From a virus (taxonomy: Duplodnaviria; Heunggongvirae; Uroviricota; Caudoviricetes), in IMG/VR virus record IMGVR_UViG_2585427754_000004: DNA of 64,000 bases; one strand, written 5' to 3'. Below are positions 36,542 to 47,353 of this stretch, piece after piece; position 1 is the first letter of the stretch; each line of letters starts with the position of its first letter. The notes under the pieces are model-generated. The model saw nothing but the letters and a program-made list of their open reading frames with translations, was not told where the DNA came from and ran no database searches. The translations under genes were made by a program, and so were the position numbers.

Positions 36542-37627
36542 ATGACTTTGCCATACGGCGTCATTTCTGACTGCCACTACCACAAATGGGATGCGTTCTC
36601 CACGACGAACGCTGAGGGGCTTAACTCCAGACTTGAAATACAGTTGGAAGCAACGAAAGAAGCAGCCATCGCCATGAAGAAGGCCGGTTGTAAGTACATG
36701 TTGGTTGCCGGTGATACATTTCACGTCCGAGGAACTGTGTCCCCTTCTGTTTTGCATTACGTAACTGAAACGTACAAGTGGATTATCAACGAGCTTGATC
36801 TGACAGTAGTAATGCTGGCCGGTAATCACGATCTTGAAACCAACGATTCAGTATATAGCGCCAACGCAGCAGCATCGCTGAGTTCTATCGGCGTGGTAAT
36901 CGTATGTGGCAAGCGCCCACACTCAATAAAAATTGGCGATGTGACTGTCCACCTGATTAGCTGGCGTAACAATCATGCGGAGCTTATCAGCGATCTGAAA
37001 GCATTACGTAAGAGCGTAGAAGGTGATAATCATGACGTTGTTATCCATACATCCATTAACAAAGCCATTCCAACAATGCCTGACGTCGGTATCGATGCGC
37101 AGGAGTTAAAGGATATCGGCTTTCGTCTCGTGCTTAGTGGGCATTACCACAACCACAAAGAGGTCATTCCTGGAGTTATCAGTGTCGGTGCACTGACTCA
37201 TCAAAATTGGGGAGATGTTGGATCTCTGGCTGGCTACATGATCGTAAACCCGGACGGCAGTTTCAGTCACTACGAAACCAGTGCGCCTAAATTCATTAAC
37301 CTGGAAGATGATGTTGCTGATGACCAAATTCGCGGCAACTACGTGCGTTTCCGCGCCGTAATTGAGAACGATGAAGAAGGCATTAAGTACCAGAACATCC
37401 TCAAAACAATGGGTGCAAAAGGTGTCGTGTGCAACTTCATCCGTAAGTCATCAATGATGGAAGGTACAGCCAGCACAACTGAAACCAGCAAAATCGATAG
37501 CCTGGGAGAGTCGGTATCTGCTTATTGCAAGATTGTCCACGATACTGACGGCGGATTTGATCTGAGCAAATTGGATATTTTGTGTCAGGAAATCCTCACC
37601 GAAGCGGAGAGTTCGGAGGCTGTGTGA
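36542..37627 (+). CDS. Mre11/SbcD-family nuclease (T4 gp47-like)
   Basis: Calcineurin-like phosphoesterase motifs DCHYH, AGDTFH, LAGNHD, SGHYHNH; shared initiation sequence. Confidence 0.8.
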   Translation: MTLPYGVISDCHYHKWDAFSTTNAEGLNSRLEIQLEATKEAAIAMKKAGCKYMLVAGDTFHVRGTVSPSVLHYVTETYKWIINELDLTVVMLAGNHDLETNDSVYSANAAASLSSIGVVIVCGKRPHSIKIGDVTVHLISWRNNHAELISDLKALRKSVEGDNHDVVIHTSINKAIPTMPDVGIDAQELKDIGFRLVLSGHYHNHKEVIPGVISVGALTHQNWGDVGSLAGYMIVNPDGSFSHYETSAPKFINLEDDVADDQIRGNYVRFRAVIENDEEGIKYQNILKTMGAKGVVCNFIRKSSMMEGTASTTETSKIDSLGESVSAYCKIVHDTDGGFDLSKLDILCQEILTEAESSEAV

Positions 37628-37856
37628 AGCAAAGTCGTTATGGGAGCTTTCGAGACTTTGCCATCACGATGAAAAGACTTGAACGAGGCCAGACGGTGAT
37701 GTTTCACAAGCCCTACCCGCCACAAGGAAATCCCGTAGCGTTTTATCTTGGAAGGTTAACAAGAAAAGGCGTATTGAGGCGCAGATCCTTCCCGGCGCAT
37801 ACGGAGTTCAGATTGAAAGAAGGCCAAAAGCTAACACGCGGTATCAGAGGTGTTAT

Positions 37857-39773
37857 ATGAAGTTTTTAAAGCTCCAGGTTGAGAATTTTATGGCTATCGC
37901 CAGCGCGGAGGTCGAGTTAGATCAGCGTGGTTTAGTGCTTATTCAGGGTGTTAATAGTGATGATAGTTCCGCATCAAGTAATGGCTCTGGAAAGTCAACT
38001 CTAATGAATAGCCTGATGTGGTGTCTTTATGGCGAAACAGCTCATGGTGTGAAGGGTGACGATGTGTTGTCTACCGACCATGAAAAGAACTGTCGTGTTG
38101 CAGTAACCATCGAGGATGAAGGCAAGAGATACGCAATCATTCGTCACCGTAAACACAAAGAGTTCAAAAATCGTCTTATCGTTCGTGGTGAAGATGGCGA
38201 TATGACGAAAGGCAAAGATGCGCTGACGCAGGAGTTCGTCGAGCGTCTGATCGGTGCATCTAAAGAGGTTTTCATGGCTTCCATCTATGCGAGCCAAGAA
38301 GCTATGCCAGATTTACCTGGAATGTCCGACAAAAACCTCAAAACCATCGTAGAAGAAGCCGCTGGCGTTGACAGACTGACACGCGCCTACGCTATTGCTC
38401 GTGAGCGAGCTAATGCAGCTGCCGCACGTATGGATGTGGTTAAAACCAAATTGGAGTCGACAATCTCGACCATTGAGGCAACACAGTCAGAAATTGAGTC
38501 AGCGAAAGCCTCCTCTGAATCATGGGAGCAAGAGCGTTCTAAACGTTATGACGATGCCCTGGCTGGGCTGGCCAGTGCCGAAGTTGAGTTAACGGAAGTT
38601 GAACTTGAGATCCGCACTCTTCCCGAACAGATACGTGATACCGAGAAGGCAATCGAAAGTGAGCGCAAAAAGTTAGCCTCAAAAGAAGAACATGACGCCA
38701 AGTTGCTCAAAGTTCGTGGTGCGATAACTGATATTCGGGCAAGCATCAAAGCTACAGAAAATAGTCAGGCTGATGCAATGAACCGCGCGCGTAATTTTAA
38801 GACCAAAGCAGAAGAGGTTGGTACTAAAGTGGGATCACCATGCCCTACTTGTGGCAAAGCCTACTGCGAAGAAGATCTATCAACGGTGAAGGAGAGTTTC
38901 ATTGAACAAGCACGTCAGGAAATTGGTCAGGCGAAGACACTTGCAGAGGCAATGGCTAAACACAAAACGAATCTTGAGAAAGCGTTAAGCATTGAGTCTG
39001 CCCTTGTTAAAACGACACCTGATGTAACGGCTATCATTGCCCGGATTGAAGAGCTTACGAAACAACTCTCATCTTTGCGTCATCGTGAGAAGGAGGTTGT
39101 TGCTATTGAGTCTCTTGTGACTCGTGCTCGTACTGAGGTCGATCGTATATCAAAAGAGATTAATCCGTTTATTGCTCTTATCGCCAGACACGAAGATAAC
39201 TTGGTATCCAGTAAGTCTACCTTCAAGTCCTTAAAAGATGAGTTGAAGGCTATTCAGGAACAAACGTTGCTATTGGAAAAAGCTCGTCAGGTCTACTCTC
39301 CTGCCGGGGTGCGTTCTCATATTTTGACGTCTGTTACGCCTTTCCTGAATACACGCACTGCCGAGTATCTCAATACGTTGTCTGACGGGAATATTACTGC
39401 TGAGTGGTCGACGATGGATGTCACTAAAAAAGGTGAGTATCGCGACAAATTCAACATTAGTGTGCAGAAGAAAGGTTCAAGTAAGTCGTTCCAGACCCTC
39501 TCTGGTGGTGAGAAGCGGAAGGTTCGCATTGCGTGTTCTTTGGCATTGCAGGATCTGGTTAGTAACCGGGCGAGTAAAAACATCGATTTGTTTATCGGCG
39601 ACGAAATTGACGATGCACTCGATACAGCCGGTCTTGAACGCCTCATGGGTATTCTGGAGTCCAAAGCTCGCGAGCGAGGTACTGTGCTGATTATCTCCCA
39701 TAAAGAGATGAAGTCATGGTTCCGGGAAACTATTACGCTGGAAGTTAAAGAGGGGCGCAGCTATGTCGTTTAA
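37857..39773 (+). CDS. Rad50/SbcC-family ATPase (T4 gp46-like)
   Basis: Walker A GSGKST, long coiled coil with CPTCGKAYC zinc-hook-like motif, C-terminal signature LSGGEKRKVRIA and Walker B FIGDEIDDALD. Confidence 0.8.
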   Translation: MKFLKLQVENFMAIASAEVELDQRGLVLIQGVNSDDSSASSNGSGKSTLMNSLMWCLYGETAHGVKGDDVLSTDHEKNCRVAVTIEDEGKRYAIIRHRKHKEFKNRLIVRGEDGDMTKGKDALTQEFVERLIGASKEVFMASIYASQEAMPDLPGMSDKNLKTIVEEAAGVDRLTRAYAIARERANAAAARMDVVKTKLESTISTIEATQSEIESAKASSESWEQERSKRYDDALAGLASAEVELTEVELEIRTLPEQIRDTEKAIESERKKLASKEEHDAKLLKVRGAITDIRASIKATENSQADAMNRARNFKTKAEEVGTKVGSPCPTCGKAYCEEDLSTVKESFIEQARQEIGQAKTLAEAMAKHKTNLEKALSIESALVKTTPDVTAIIARIEELTKQLSSLRHREKEVVAIESLVTRARTEVDRISKEINPFIALIARHEDNLVSSKSTFKSLKDELKAIQEQTLLLEKARQVYSPAGVRSHILTSVTPFLNTRTAEYLNTLSDGNITAEWSTMDVTKKGEYRDKFNISVQKKGSSKSFQTLSGGEKRKVRIACSLALQDLVSNRASKNIDLFIGDEIDDALDTAGLERLMGILESKARERGTVLIISHKEMKSWFRETITLEVKEGRSYVV

Positions 39774-40506
39774 ATTAAGCCGCTCGCAGTTTTTGCAGGT
39801 ATTTGCAGTGATGCAGTCGATAAAACTGATCAATGGGCATACTTCCAATGGTGCGGCTCCACGTATTCTGTGGGGCAGCAACAATATTGACGGAGTACAA
39901 TTCGCCGCGTTGCTTGGTCTAATATCCGAGACGCCATTGATGCAAAGTTTGAAATCACTACCACCTGGATGTATTGCGCCGATCCTGATTAATCCTTTTG
40001 TTGAGGGGGGATATCTTCCCAACGTCGGGCCTGGGTTTATTGCATCCCATGAAACTGAAGATCTTAACATTAATAGCGAAGGGTTCTTTGGGGGAATGGG
40101 TGCGCATCACTGTATGGCTTTCACGAACCTTATTCGACTTGCCAATAAGCGGGTGGATAGTTTGGCATCGCCAGGTGATGCTTTTACTGGTTTCCTTATC
40201 CAAAGGAGGGATAAAAAGTACAGTGCGGACAAACTACAGTTTGTTGGTAAGTATGGAGAAATGGTAGAAATCGAACTTCAGCTCCCTCATGTTTTAGCAA
40301 ACGATAGTGCAGACAGTCGGAGGCTATTGGGCATCATGCGTCATTTCATAGCAAGTGGTGTTAAACATGCCGCAGATAAACGTGTCACGCAGGAAAATGA
40401 GTATTCAGACTTTGCAAACTATCCCCAACCAACGTTGCAAACGGCAATAGTAGCCAATTCGTTGGAGGCGAGATTATTGGAAAACCCTATATGGGGAACA
40501 TGGTAA
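39763..40506 (+). CDS. Hypothetical protein
   Basis: 247-aa ORF overlapping the SbcC-like stop. Confidence 0.3.
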   Translation: MSFKLSRSQFLQVFAVMQSIKLINGHTSNGAAPRILWGSNNIDGVQFAALLGLISETPLMQSLKSLPPGCIAPILINPFVEGGYLPNVGPGFIASHETEDLNINSEGFFGGMGAHHCMAFTNLIRLANKRVDSLASPGDAFTGFLIQRRDKKYSADKLQFVGKYGEMVEIELQLPHVLANDSADSRRLLGIMRHFIASGVKHAADKRVTQENEYSDFANYPQPTLQTAIVANSLEARLLENPIWGTW

Positions 40507-40515
40507 GGAGACTAT

Positions 40516-41085
40516 ATGAGTAAAAAAATCAGCGTAGTTGGTGTTGATCCCTCAATGAGCAACTTTGGGCTTGCTGTGGGCACTTTAGACCTTGAGACGG
40601 ACGAACTTGAGATTCACGGCCTTACTCTTGTTGAGACTAAAGCGGGGAGTAACAAAAAGACCGTTCGTGTGAACAGTGACGATCTGCGCCGCGCCAGTGA
40701 AATATGGCGTGTTGCGAAGCCAATCATTGATAAGGCAAATATGGTTTTTTGTGAGCTACCGGTTGGGAGCCAAAACTCTCGTTCGCAGACGTCTTACGGT
40801 ATTTGTATCGGTGTACTTGCGTGTGTGGATAAGCCATTGATCCAGGTTACTCCAAACGAAATCAAGCATTTTGTCGGCAATAAACTTACTACATCGAAAG
40901 AAGAGATTATCCAGTGGGCTACGAAAAAACACCCTAAAGCACCGTGGCTGCGTCGTAAGCAATCTGGACAGGATGTTCTCGTGAACAAAAACGAACATTT
41001 GGCTGATGCGGTGGCTGCCATCCATACCGGTATGCAAACAGATCAGTTCCGCCAGGTGCGCGATGTTCTTAAGTCTCTCATTTGA
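40516..41085 (+). CDS. RuvC-like Holliday junction resolvase candidate
   Basis: N-terminal ISVVGVDPSMSNFGLAVG (compare RuvC ILGIDPGSRVTGYGV) and C-terminal EHLADAVAAIH (compare RuvC DAADALA). Confidence 0.45.
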   Translation: MSKKISVVGVDPSMSNFGLAVGTLDLETDELEIHGLTLVETKAGSNKKTVRVNSDDLRRASEIWRVAKPIIDKANMVFCELPVGSQNSRSQTSYGICIGVLACVDKPLIQVTPNEIKHFVGNKLTTSKEEIIQWATKKHPKAPWLRRKQSGQDVLVNKNEHLADAVAAIHTGMQTDQFRQVRDVLKSLI

Positions 41086-41118
41086 TTTCATTGATAGGTA
41101 AGTGCTTATCTATTAACA

Positions 41119-41149
41119 TGGGCCACTATATTTAGTGGCCCTCTTTATT
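41119..41149 (+). terminator. Rho-independent terminator
   Basis: GGGCCACTA-tattt-AGTGGCCC followed by TCTTTATTT. Confidence 0.6.
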
Positions 41150-41158
41150 TGGTGATAC

Positions 41159-43474
41159 ATGATAAGCATCGTAAAACGTAACGGCCAAACAGAGCCGTTA
41201 TCCGAAGAAAAATACAACCGCGTCGTAATGTATGGCGTAGAAGGCATTCGTGGTGTAAGCGCATCCGCTGTAGCAATGGGAGCTGCGGCCAGCATTTTTG
41301 ATGGGATTACCACCAGCCAGTTGCATGAGGCTTTGGTTAAATCTGCCGCTGATTTGATCTCACCAGAAGCACCAAATTACTCACAGGTGGCTGCCCGCCT
41401 GAACATTTTTAAAATCCGCAAAGATGCCTTCGGTCGTTACGACTATCCGAACTTCTACCAACACATTGTCAAGAACGTTAACAAGGGCGTTTATGACAAG
41501 GATTTGCTGACACATTATTCGTTTGAAGAGATCGAAGAACTCGGCAATTACATTAAGCCGAAACGTGACGATCTTTTTGGCTATGCAGCTACGGTGCAGT
41601 TGCAAAGCAAATACCTCGTTCAAAACCGTGTTACTGGTGAGATTCATGAGGGGCCGCAACATATCTATATGCTGGTAGGCATGTGTCTGTTCCAGAATTG
41701 GGAAGACGACTGCGCTGGCAAAACACGTATGGAGATGGTCAAAGGTTTCTATGACGTTACAAGTACGTTCAAACTGTCTCTGCCCACACCAATCATGGCC
41801 GGCGTCCGTACTCCAACCCGTCAGTTCTCCAGTTGTGTGCTGATTGAGTCTGGCGATAGTCTGAAAGGGATTAGTGCAGCTTCAGCCGCAATTATCGACT
41901 ACGTTTCACGTCGTGCTGGAATTGGTATTGGTTTTGGCCGTATCCGTGCGCTGGGCAGCGAGATCCGCAATGGTGAAGCCACCCATACTGGAGTTATTCC
42001 ATTCCTGAAGCATTTCCAGACGGCTGTTAAATCTTGTTCGCAAGGTGGTGTTCGTGGTGGCGCAGCAACAGCGTTTTACCCGATCTGGCATCTTGAAGTT
42101 GAAAGTCTGCTGGTGGTGAAAAATAACCGTGGTATTGATGAAAACCGCGTTCGCCATCTTGATTACGGCGTCATGAGTAACCGTCTAATGTACCGTCGAC
42201 TCGTCAGAAGCGAGAACATCACTCTGTTCAGCCCGCATGATGTGCCTGATATGTACGAAGCCTTCTTCACAGACCAGGAGCTGTTTGAAAAGCTGTACCA
42301 TAAATACGAAGCCGATGATTCAATTCGCAAGAAGTCAGTACCTGCCATTGAGCTGTTCTCATCTCTGATGCAGGAACGAGCGTCCACGGGCCGAATTTAT
42401 ATTGCGAACGTCGATCATATTAACGAGCATGGCGCTTTCATTCCTGCTCTTGCACCTGTTCGCCAGTCAAACCTGTGCATGGAGATCACTCTACCCACTC
42501 GTCCACTGGCATTTACCGACGACCCGAACGGTGAGATCGCGCTATGCACTTTATCCGCTTTTAACCTCGGAGCCATCCGTTCACTGGAGTCTCTTAAAGA
42601 GGTGGCGTTCTATGCCGTTGCTGCACTGGATTCGTTACTGGATTATCAAGACTATCCGATGGAGGCAGCCGAAGTGCCTGCCAAAGCTCGTCGTAGCTTG
42701 GGAATTGGTGTAACCAACTTTGCTTATTACCTGGCAAAGAATGGCGTTCGTTATTCTGATACCGCTGGCAATAAACTGGTGCATGAAACGTTCGAAGCTA
42801 TCCAGTATTACCTTCTTGATGCCAGCTGCCGACTTGCTGAAGCAAAAGGTGAGTGTGACTGGTTTGAGCAGACCAAGTACGCAATTGGTCAGTTGCCGAT
42901 CGACCATTACCGTTCTTCATTAGACGAAAGTGGCGAAACCAACTTTGAGTTAAAGATGCCGTGGGAAGAACTGCGTGAACGTATTGCAAAATACGGCCTT
43001 CGCAACTCCACACTGACGGCACAAATGCCATGCGAGACTTCCAGCCAGATCACTAATTCCACCAACGGCATCGAACCGCCTCGTGGACCGGTGTCGGTGA
43101 AATCTTCTAAGGACGGCATCGTTAAGATGGTCGTGCCTGAGTTTGAAAAACTGAAGGAACAGTATGAATACCTGTGGGATATGCCGGACAACCGCGGCTA
43201 TCTGACAAAGGTGGCGATCATCCAGAAGTTCTTTGACCAGGCTATTTCAGCCAATACCAACTATGACCCTTCTCGCTTTGAAGGCGATAAAGTCCCAATG
43301 ATGACGCTACTGTCAGATTTGCTTCTCGCCTACAAGATGGGAGTTAAAACGCTTTACTACCACAACACCAGAGATGGTGCAGGAAAGCGTGATGACGACG
43401 AAGCGCAGAATCCACTTACGCAAGCTGTAGCCGTCGAGCCAGAAGATGAGTGCGACGGAGCCTGCAAAATCTGA
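41159..43474 (+). CDS. nrdA: Ribonucleotide reductase class Ia alpha subunit
   Basis: N-terminal ATP-cone, active-site region NLCMEI and C-terminal CDGACKI redox tail; 771 aa. Confidence 0.9.
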   Translation: MISIVKRNGQTEPLSEEKYNRVVMYGVEGIRGVSASAVAMGAAASIFDGITTSQLHEALVKSAADLISPEAPNYSQVAARLNIFKIRKDAFGRYDYPNFYQHIVKNVNKGVYDKDLLTHYSFEEIEELGNYIKPKRDDLFGYAATVQLQSKYLVQNRVTGEIHEGPQHIYMLVGMCLFQNWEDDCAGKTRMEMVKGFYDVTSTFKLSLPTPIMAGVRTPTRQFSSCVLIESGDSLKGISAASAAIIDYVSRRAGIGIGFGRIRALGSEIRNGEATHTGVIPFLKHFQTAVKSCSQGGVRGGAATAFYPIWHLEVESLLVVKNNRGIDENRVRHLDYGVMSNRLMYRRLVRSENITLFSPHDVPDMYEAFFTDQELFEKLYHKYEADDSIRKKSVPAIELFSSLMQERASTGRIYIANVDHINEHGAFIPALAPVRQSNLCMEITLPTRPLAFTDDPNGEIALCTLSAFNLGAIRSLESLKEVAFYAVAALDSLLDYQDYPMEAAEVPAKARRSLGIGVTNFAYYLAKNGVRYSDTAGNKLVHETFEAIQYYLLDASCRLAEAKGECDWFEQTKYAIGQLPIDHYRSSLDESGETNFELKMPWEELRERIAKYGLRNSTLTAQMPCETSSQITNSTNGIEPPRGPVSVKSSKDGIVKMVVPEFEKLKEQYEYLWDMPDNRGYLTKVAIIQKFFDQAISANTNYDPSRFEGDKVPMMTLLSDLLLAYKMGVKTLYYHNTRDGAGKRDDDEAQNPLTQAVAVEPEDECDGACKI

Positions 43475-43479
43475 CATAT

Positions 43480-43510
43480 GGTGGGGTATATCCCCACCTT
43501 ATCTTTGATT
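43480..43510 (+). terminator. Terminator hairpin after nrdA
   Basis: GGTGGGG-tatat-CCCCACC followed by a T-rich run. Confidence 0.6.
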
Positions 43511-43574
43511 TGTAAGCCTTGTTTAAACACATAAGATAACAACTTGTTTAAACACATCAAAAAAGGAAAAACAC

Positions 43575-44717
43575 ATGTCATATTCAACGTTCCGTTTGGG
43601 TGCTAATGATGCAACCAAAGAGCCTATGTTCCTCGGACAATCTGTCAACGTGGCACGTTACGATCAGCAAAAATACCGTGATTTTGAAAAGTTGATTGAA
43701 CGTCAATTGTCTTTCTTCTGGCGGCCGGAAGAAGTTGATATTTCGAGTGATCGTATCGACTTCAACACGAAGCTGCGGGACCACGAACGTCACATTTTTC
43801 TGAGCAATCTCCGTTATCAAACGTTACTCGATTCAGTTCAGGGACGTAGCCCAAATGCAACGCTTCTGCCGCTTATCTCTATTCCTGAACTGGAAACGTG
43901 GGTTGAAACATGGTCTTTCTCTGAGACTATCCATAGCCGCAGCTACACCCACATTATTCGTGGCATGGTGGACGATCCGAGTATTGTTTTTGACGGTATT
44001 GTTACGGATGAAGAAATCATCAACCGAGCGATCAGTATCTCTGCTGAATATGACAGGCTTTATGGGATGACCTGCGAGCGCCAGTCGTTAGGTGAGAAAG
44101 AGTTTGAACGTCTGTACGTAAATGAATATGGCTGGGAGCCATACCCTTTGCACCGTCAGCTTTTCCGCACGTTGGTGTCCATTAATGCGCTTGAGGCGAT
44201 CCGTTTCTATGTAAGTTTTGCATGTACGTTTGCCTTTGGCGAACGGAAGTTGCTTGAGGGTAACACCAAAATTATGCGCTTTATTGCCCGTGATGAAGCT
44301 CTGCATTGCGAAGGAACTGAACGCATGATCCGCTTCATGCGTACCGGTCGCGAAGGCTTATTGTGGAAAGAGATTGCTGCTGATGAAGAAAACGTCATTT
44401 ACGACACCATGAAATCAGTCGCCGAACAAGAAATGAACTGGGCAGACTATCTCTTCAAAGACGGTTCGATGATTGGTTTAAACGCGGATATTCTGAAGAC
44501 CTATGTAAAATACCGCACCAATCTGGCTATGAATCGTCTTGGCCTGAAGGCTTTATTTCCAGAAGTTACCACAGATCCGCTGGTCTGGATGAACAAGTGG
44601 TTGTTAACCGACACACTGCAAATTGCACCACAAGAGGCAGAGCAAAGCACATATCTGGTAGGTCAGATCGATTCTACCGTGGATAAGGCTTCTCTAAGCC
44701 AGTTTGCAGACCTGTAA
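43575..44717 (+). CDS. nrdB: Ribonucleotide reductase class Ia beta subunit
   Basis: Di-iron/tyrosyl radical motifs ([23 protein letters not shown]); 380 aa; no intron interruption seen. Confidence 0.9.
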   Translation: MSYSTFRLGANDATKEPMFLGQSVNVARYDQQKYRDFEKLIERQLSFFWRPEEVDISSDRIDFNTKLRDHERHIFLSNLRYQTLLDSVQGRSPNATLLPLISIPELETWVETWSFSETIHSRSYTHIIRGMVDDPSIVFDGIVTDEEIINRAISISAEYDRLYGMTCERQSLGEKEFERLYVNEYGWEPYPLHRQLFRTLVSINALEAIRFYVSFACTFAFGERKLLEGNTKIMRFIARDEALHCEGTERMIRFMRTGREGLLWKEIAADEENVIYDTMKSVAEQEMNWADYLFKDGSMIGLNADILKTYVKYRTNLAMNRLGLKALFPEVTTDPLVWMNKWLLTDTLQIAPQEAEQSTYLVGQIDSTVDKASLSQFADL

Positions 44718-44794
44718 ACCGATACAAAGCATTATGTGGCCTGGCAACGCTGGGCCACAATGGATCACAAGAATTAAGAAGGAACAAAACTAGC

Positions 44795-45664
44795 ATGAAC
44801 TTTACCAAACTGACTGACCACCTGAAACTTGCCACCGATCGTCTCATTGGATTTAAGCCAGAACCATATGAGTTGCATGAAGGTCATGGTGTAGCTACTG
44901 AAAGTATTTACAAGATGGTCGATCAGTTTCATGAACTCTTCCTGCATCCGAGACGCGTTATGCCGACACCAGAGCTGCTTCGTCTCCGTGCAAGCCTGAT
45001 TCATGAAGAAGCTGTAGTGGAAGGTATTCCAGCCGCAATGAATGGGGATATTGAGCAACTGCTGGATGCAATGGCCGACTTTTTATACGTTGGTGTTGGT
45101 ACGATGGTCGCCATCAAAGGTGGTATTTCTACCGGCATGACCTATTACACGCAGGAACAGAGCATTGATCGCTTTATGCAGACAATTTTTGTGCCCGGTA
45201 ACACTGTTTTCGATGATATGGCAATGCCATTTCAGGAAGCTCGTGAGGCGTCATGTATGCTCGAAGAGCTGGCAGATAAACTTGAGAACAAGACTGTTAA
45301 GGATTCTGAGCTGATTCAGGAACTGCGCCGTGTCATGAACAAAATCTATGTGGCGTGCATGATGACCTATCGACTGGCTGATTTCCTCGGTATCAATGTA
45401 GTCGAGCTGGTTGGAGAAATTCATCGGTCTAACATGACAAAATTATGGCCTGCTGATGTAGAGGAACGTCGCCAGGCTGTGGCCAACTGCAAATACGACT
45501 CTTCAGACCTGGGATTTCGCCATGCTGATGGTACCGATAAGATGATCGGTTTTCGAATTTCCGATGGAAAGATTCTGAAGTCTCCAACCTATAGTGATGT
45601 CGATTTATCCTCCTTTGTTGAGCAAGCTAAAGCCTCAGCAATGTACGGAATGATCAAAAAATAA
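44795..45664 (+). CDS. Hypothetical protein, possible all-alpha NTP pyrophosphohydrolase (MazG-like)
   Basis: Segment EEAVVEGIPAAMNGDIEQLLDAMADFLYVGVG resembles the MazG/HisE metal-binding helix pair; weak. Confidence 0.3.
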   Translation: MNFTKLTDHLKLATDRLIGFKPEPYELHEGHGVATESIYKMVDQFHELFLHPRRVMPTPELLRLRASLIHEEAVVEGIPAAMNGDIEQLLDAMADFLYVGVGTMVAIKGGISTGMTYYTQEQSIDRFMQTIFVPGNTVFDDMAMPFQEAREASCMLEELADKLENKTVKDSELIQELRRVMNKIYVACMMTYRLADFLGINVVELVGEIHRSNMTKLWPADVEERRQAVANCKYDSSDLGFRHADGTDKMIGFRISDGKILKSPTYSDVDLSSFVEQAKASAMYGMIKK

Positions 45665-45732
45665 TTGTAGGTAGTTATCTATCTGTGTATATTTAACATG
45701 CGTAATAAAACTCTGGAATGACTATTCGTTTT

Positions 45733-45758
45733 GGTGGCCTATGGCCACCATTTTTTTA
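45733..45758 (+). terminator. Rho-independent terminator
   Basis: TGGTGGCC-tat-GGCCACCA followed by TTTTTTT. Confidence 0.7.
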
Positions 45759-45834
45759 TCTGTCTGGTCTTGTTCTCTCAATGAATGTAAACTCACACGA
45801 TGAATAAGTAATTACTTATCTTTGTGAGGTTTTT

Positions 45835-46938
45835 GTGTCACTCCTTTTGAATCGAGAGCATACGAACGGTCAGGTAACAAACGCATCGTATGCAAAAGTT
45901 ATTGAGACGGTGCTTAAAAGCGGCGTGCAGGCTGATGATCGCACAGGCACTGGTACTTTAAGCACCTGCTACGTTCCCTCTTACTACATGCTTACTGGTG
46001 GGACTGTGCCGCTTATTTCTGGAAAGGCGGTAAATCTTAAGCCACTACTTGTCGAACTTGAGTGGTATCTGAAAGGCACGGGCAACATCCAATTTCTCAA
46101 GGATAACGGCGTTAAGATTTGGGATGCATGGGCCGATGAGAATGGCGATTTGGGGCCGGTTTACGGTAAGCAGTGGCGTCGATGGGAAGATACCCGCATC
46201 GTGAGCCATAGTGAATATCTGAGCAAGATCGCTACTTTCCGTGAACGCGGGTACAAAGTCGAGGGATACCTGGGTATCAGTGAAGATCGCGTAGTGCTGT
46301 CCCGTGAAATCGATCAGCTACAGCGTATTGTCGATACACTGCGCACGAACCATACCGATCGTCGCATCATGCTTAACGCATGGAACGTAGGCGAGCTTGA
46401 GGATATGAAACTGCCACCTTGCCACTTTGTCTTCTCTTTGTGGAGTCGTGAGCTGGATTTTGAAACCCGTTTAACGATGGCAACTGACATTGGTCTTCAA
46501 CACAGTCGCCTCGGTTACGAGTCTATCTACACCAAGATGCTATACGATCTGGAGATGGACGGCAGTGTTACTGAAGCTGAACTGGATGAACTTGGAATCC
46601 CCAAACGCATCCTCAACTCCTGCCTCGTACAGCGTAGCGTAGACACTTTTGTTGGTATGCCATTCAATATTGCTGGCTATGGCATTCTCACTCATTTTCT
46701 CGCGAAGATTACGGGTCACATGGCCGGTGCATTTGTGCATTTTGGCTTTGACGTGCATTTGTACAACAACCACATGGAAGGTGTGTGTGAGCTAATGAAA
46801 CGACAGGCTCCAGAGCATTCAGATCCGGTCGTTATTTTCCCTCATGAATGGTCAGAGTTGGATGATTTCAAATGGGACGAGGTTTTAATTCTTGGCTATG
46901 ACCCTCTACCGTGGATCAAGGTTCCAGTGGCGGTGTGA
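45835..46938 (+). CDS. thyA: Thymidylate synthase (ThyA family) with two internal insertions
   Basis: DRTGTGT, catalytic PPCH, QRSVD ... PFNIAGY (Asn indicates dUMP specificity), DVHLYNNHMEG and C-terminal GYDPLPWIKVPVAV. GTG start. Confidence 0.8.
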   Translation: MSLLLNREHTNGQVTNASYAKVIETVLKSGVQADDRTGTGTLSTCYVPSYYMLTGGTVPLISGKAVNLKPLLVELEWYLKGTGNIQFLKDNGVKIWDAWADENGDLGPVYGKQWRRWEDTRIVSHSEYLSKIATFRERGYKVEGYLGISEDRVVLSREIDQLQRIVDTLRTNHTDRRIMLNAWNVGELEDMKLPPCHFVFSLWSRELDFETRLTMATDIGLQHSRLGYESIYTKMLYDLEMDGSVTEAELDELGIPKRILNSCLVQRSVDTFVGMPFNIAGYGILTHFLAKITGHMAGAFVHFGFDVHLYNNHMEGVCELMKRQAPEHSDPVVIFPHEWSELDDFKWDEVLILGYDPLPWIKVPVAV

Positions 46939-46939
46939 T

Positions 46940-47353
46940 ATGGCAAGAGGTATGTATGTCTTATGCGAAATTGAAGGTGTGCTGGCAAATGCCAGCCATC
47001 GTAAATCAGTATCTGACGCGGATGCAGGCCAGCTCATTGCCGGTGATGAACTCATTTTCCCCACCAGCCGTATGTTGCGTGGTTTTGCTCGCTCAGGGGC
47101 TGAAGTGGTGCTTATCAGTAGCCGCTCTGAAACTCTTGAAGCGCCAACTAAACGATGGCTGAAAGATTTTGGCGTTGATTATGACTGGCTTCATCTTGTA
47201 CCGAATGGCACCAGTTATGAGAAGCATATTAAGCGCACATTAGCGGAGCATAAAGGCGATCTGCTTATCGCTGCGCTGGTGCACGATCCTCGACTCCGTG
47301 CCGCTTTAGCCGACTCTCACCATCGACCGGTCATCTATGAGGTGAGCAAATGA
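46940..47353 (+). CDS. Hypothetical protein
   Basis: ORF between thyA and the DHFR gene; start set at first ATG after the thyA stop. Confidence 0.3.
   Translation: MARGMYVLCEIEGVLANASHRKSVSDADAGQLIAGDELIFPTSRMLRGFARSGAEVVLISSRSETLEAPTKRWLKDFGVDYDWLHLVPNGTSYEKHIKRTLAEHKGDLLIAALVHDPRLRAALADSHHRPVIYEVSK

Noticed and set aside
37582-37860. 92-aa basic ORF in the 229-bp gap between the SbcD-like and SbcC-like genes
   Set aside because: No clear ribosome-binding site; arginine-rich composition and a hairpin at 37631..37663 make an attenuator or spacer more likely. It could still be a small gene, so this is left open rather than annotated.
43575-46938. Group I introns in nrdB or thyA, as in T4
   Set aside because: Both ORFs are continuous and full-length with all catalytic motifs in one frame; no intron-like interruption is visible.
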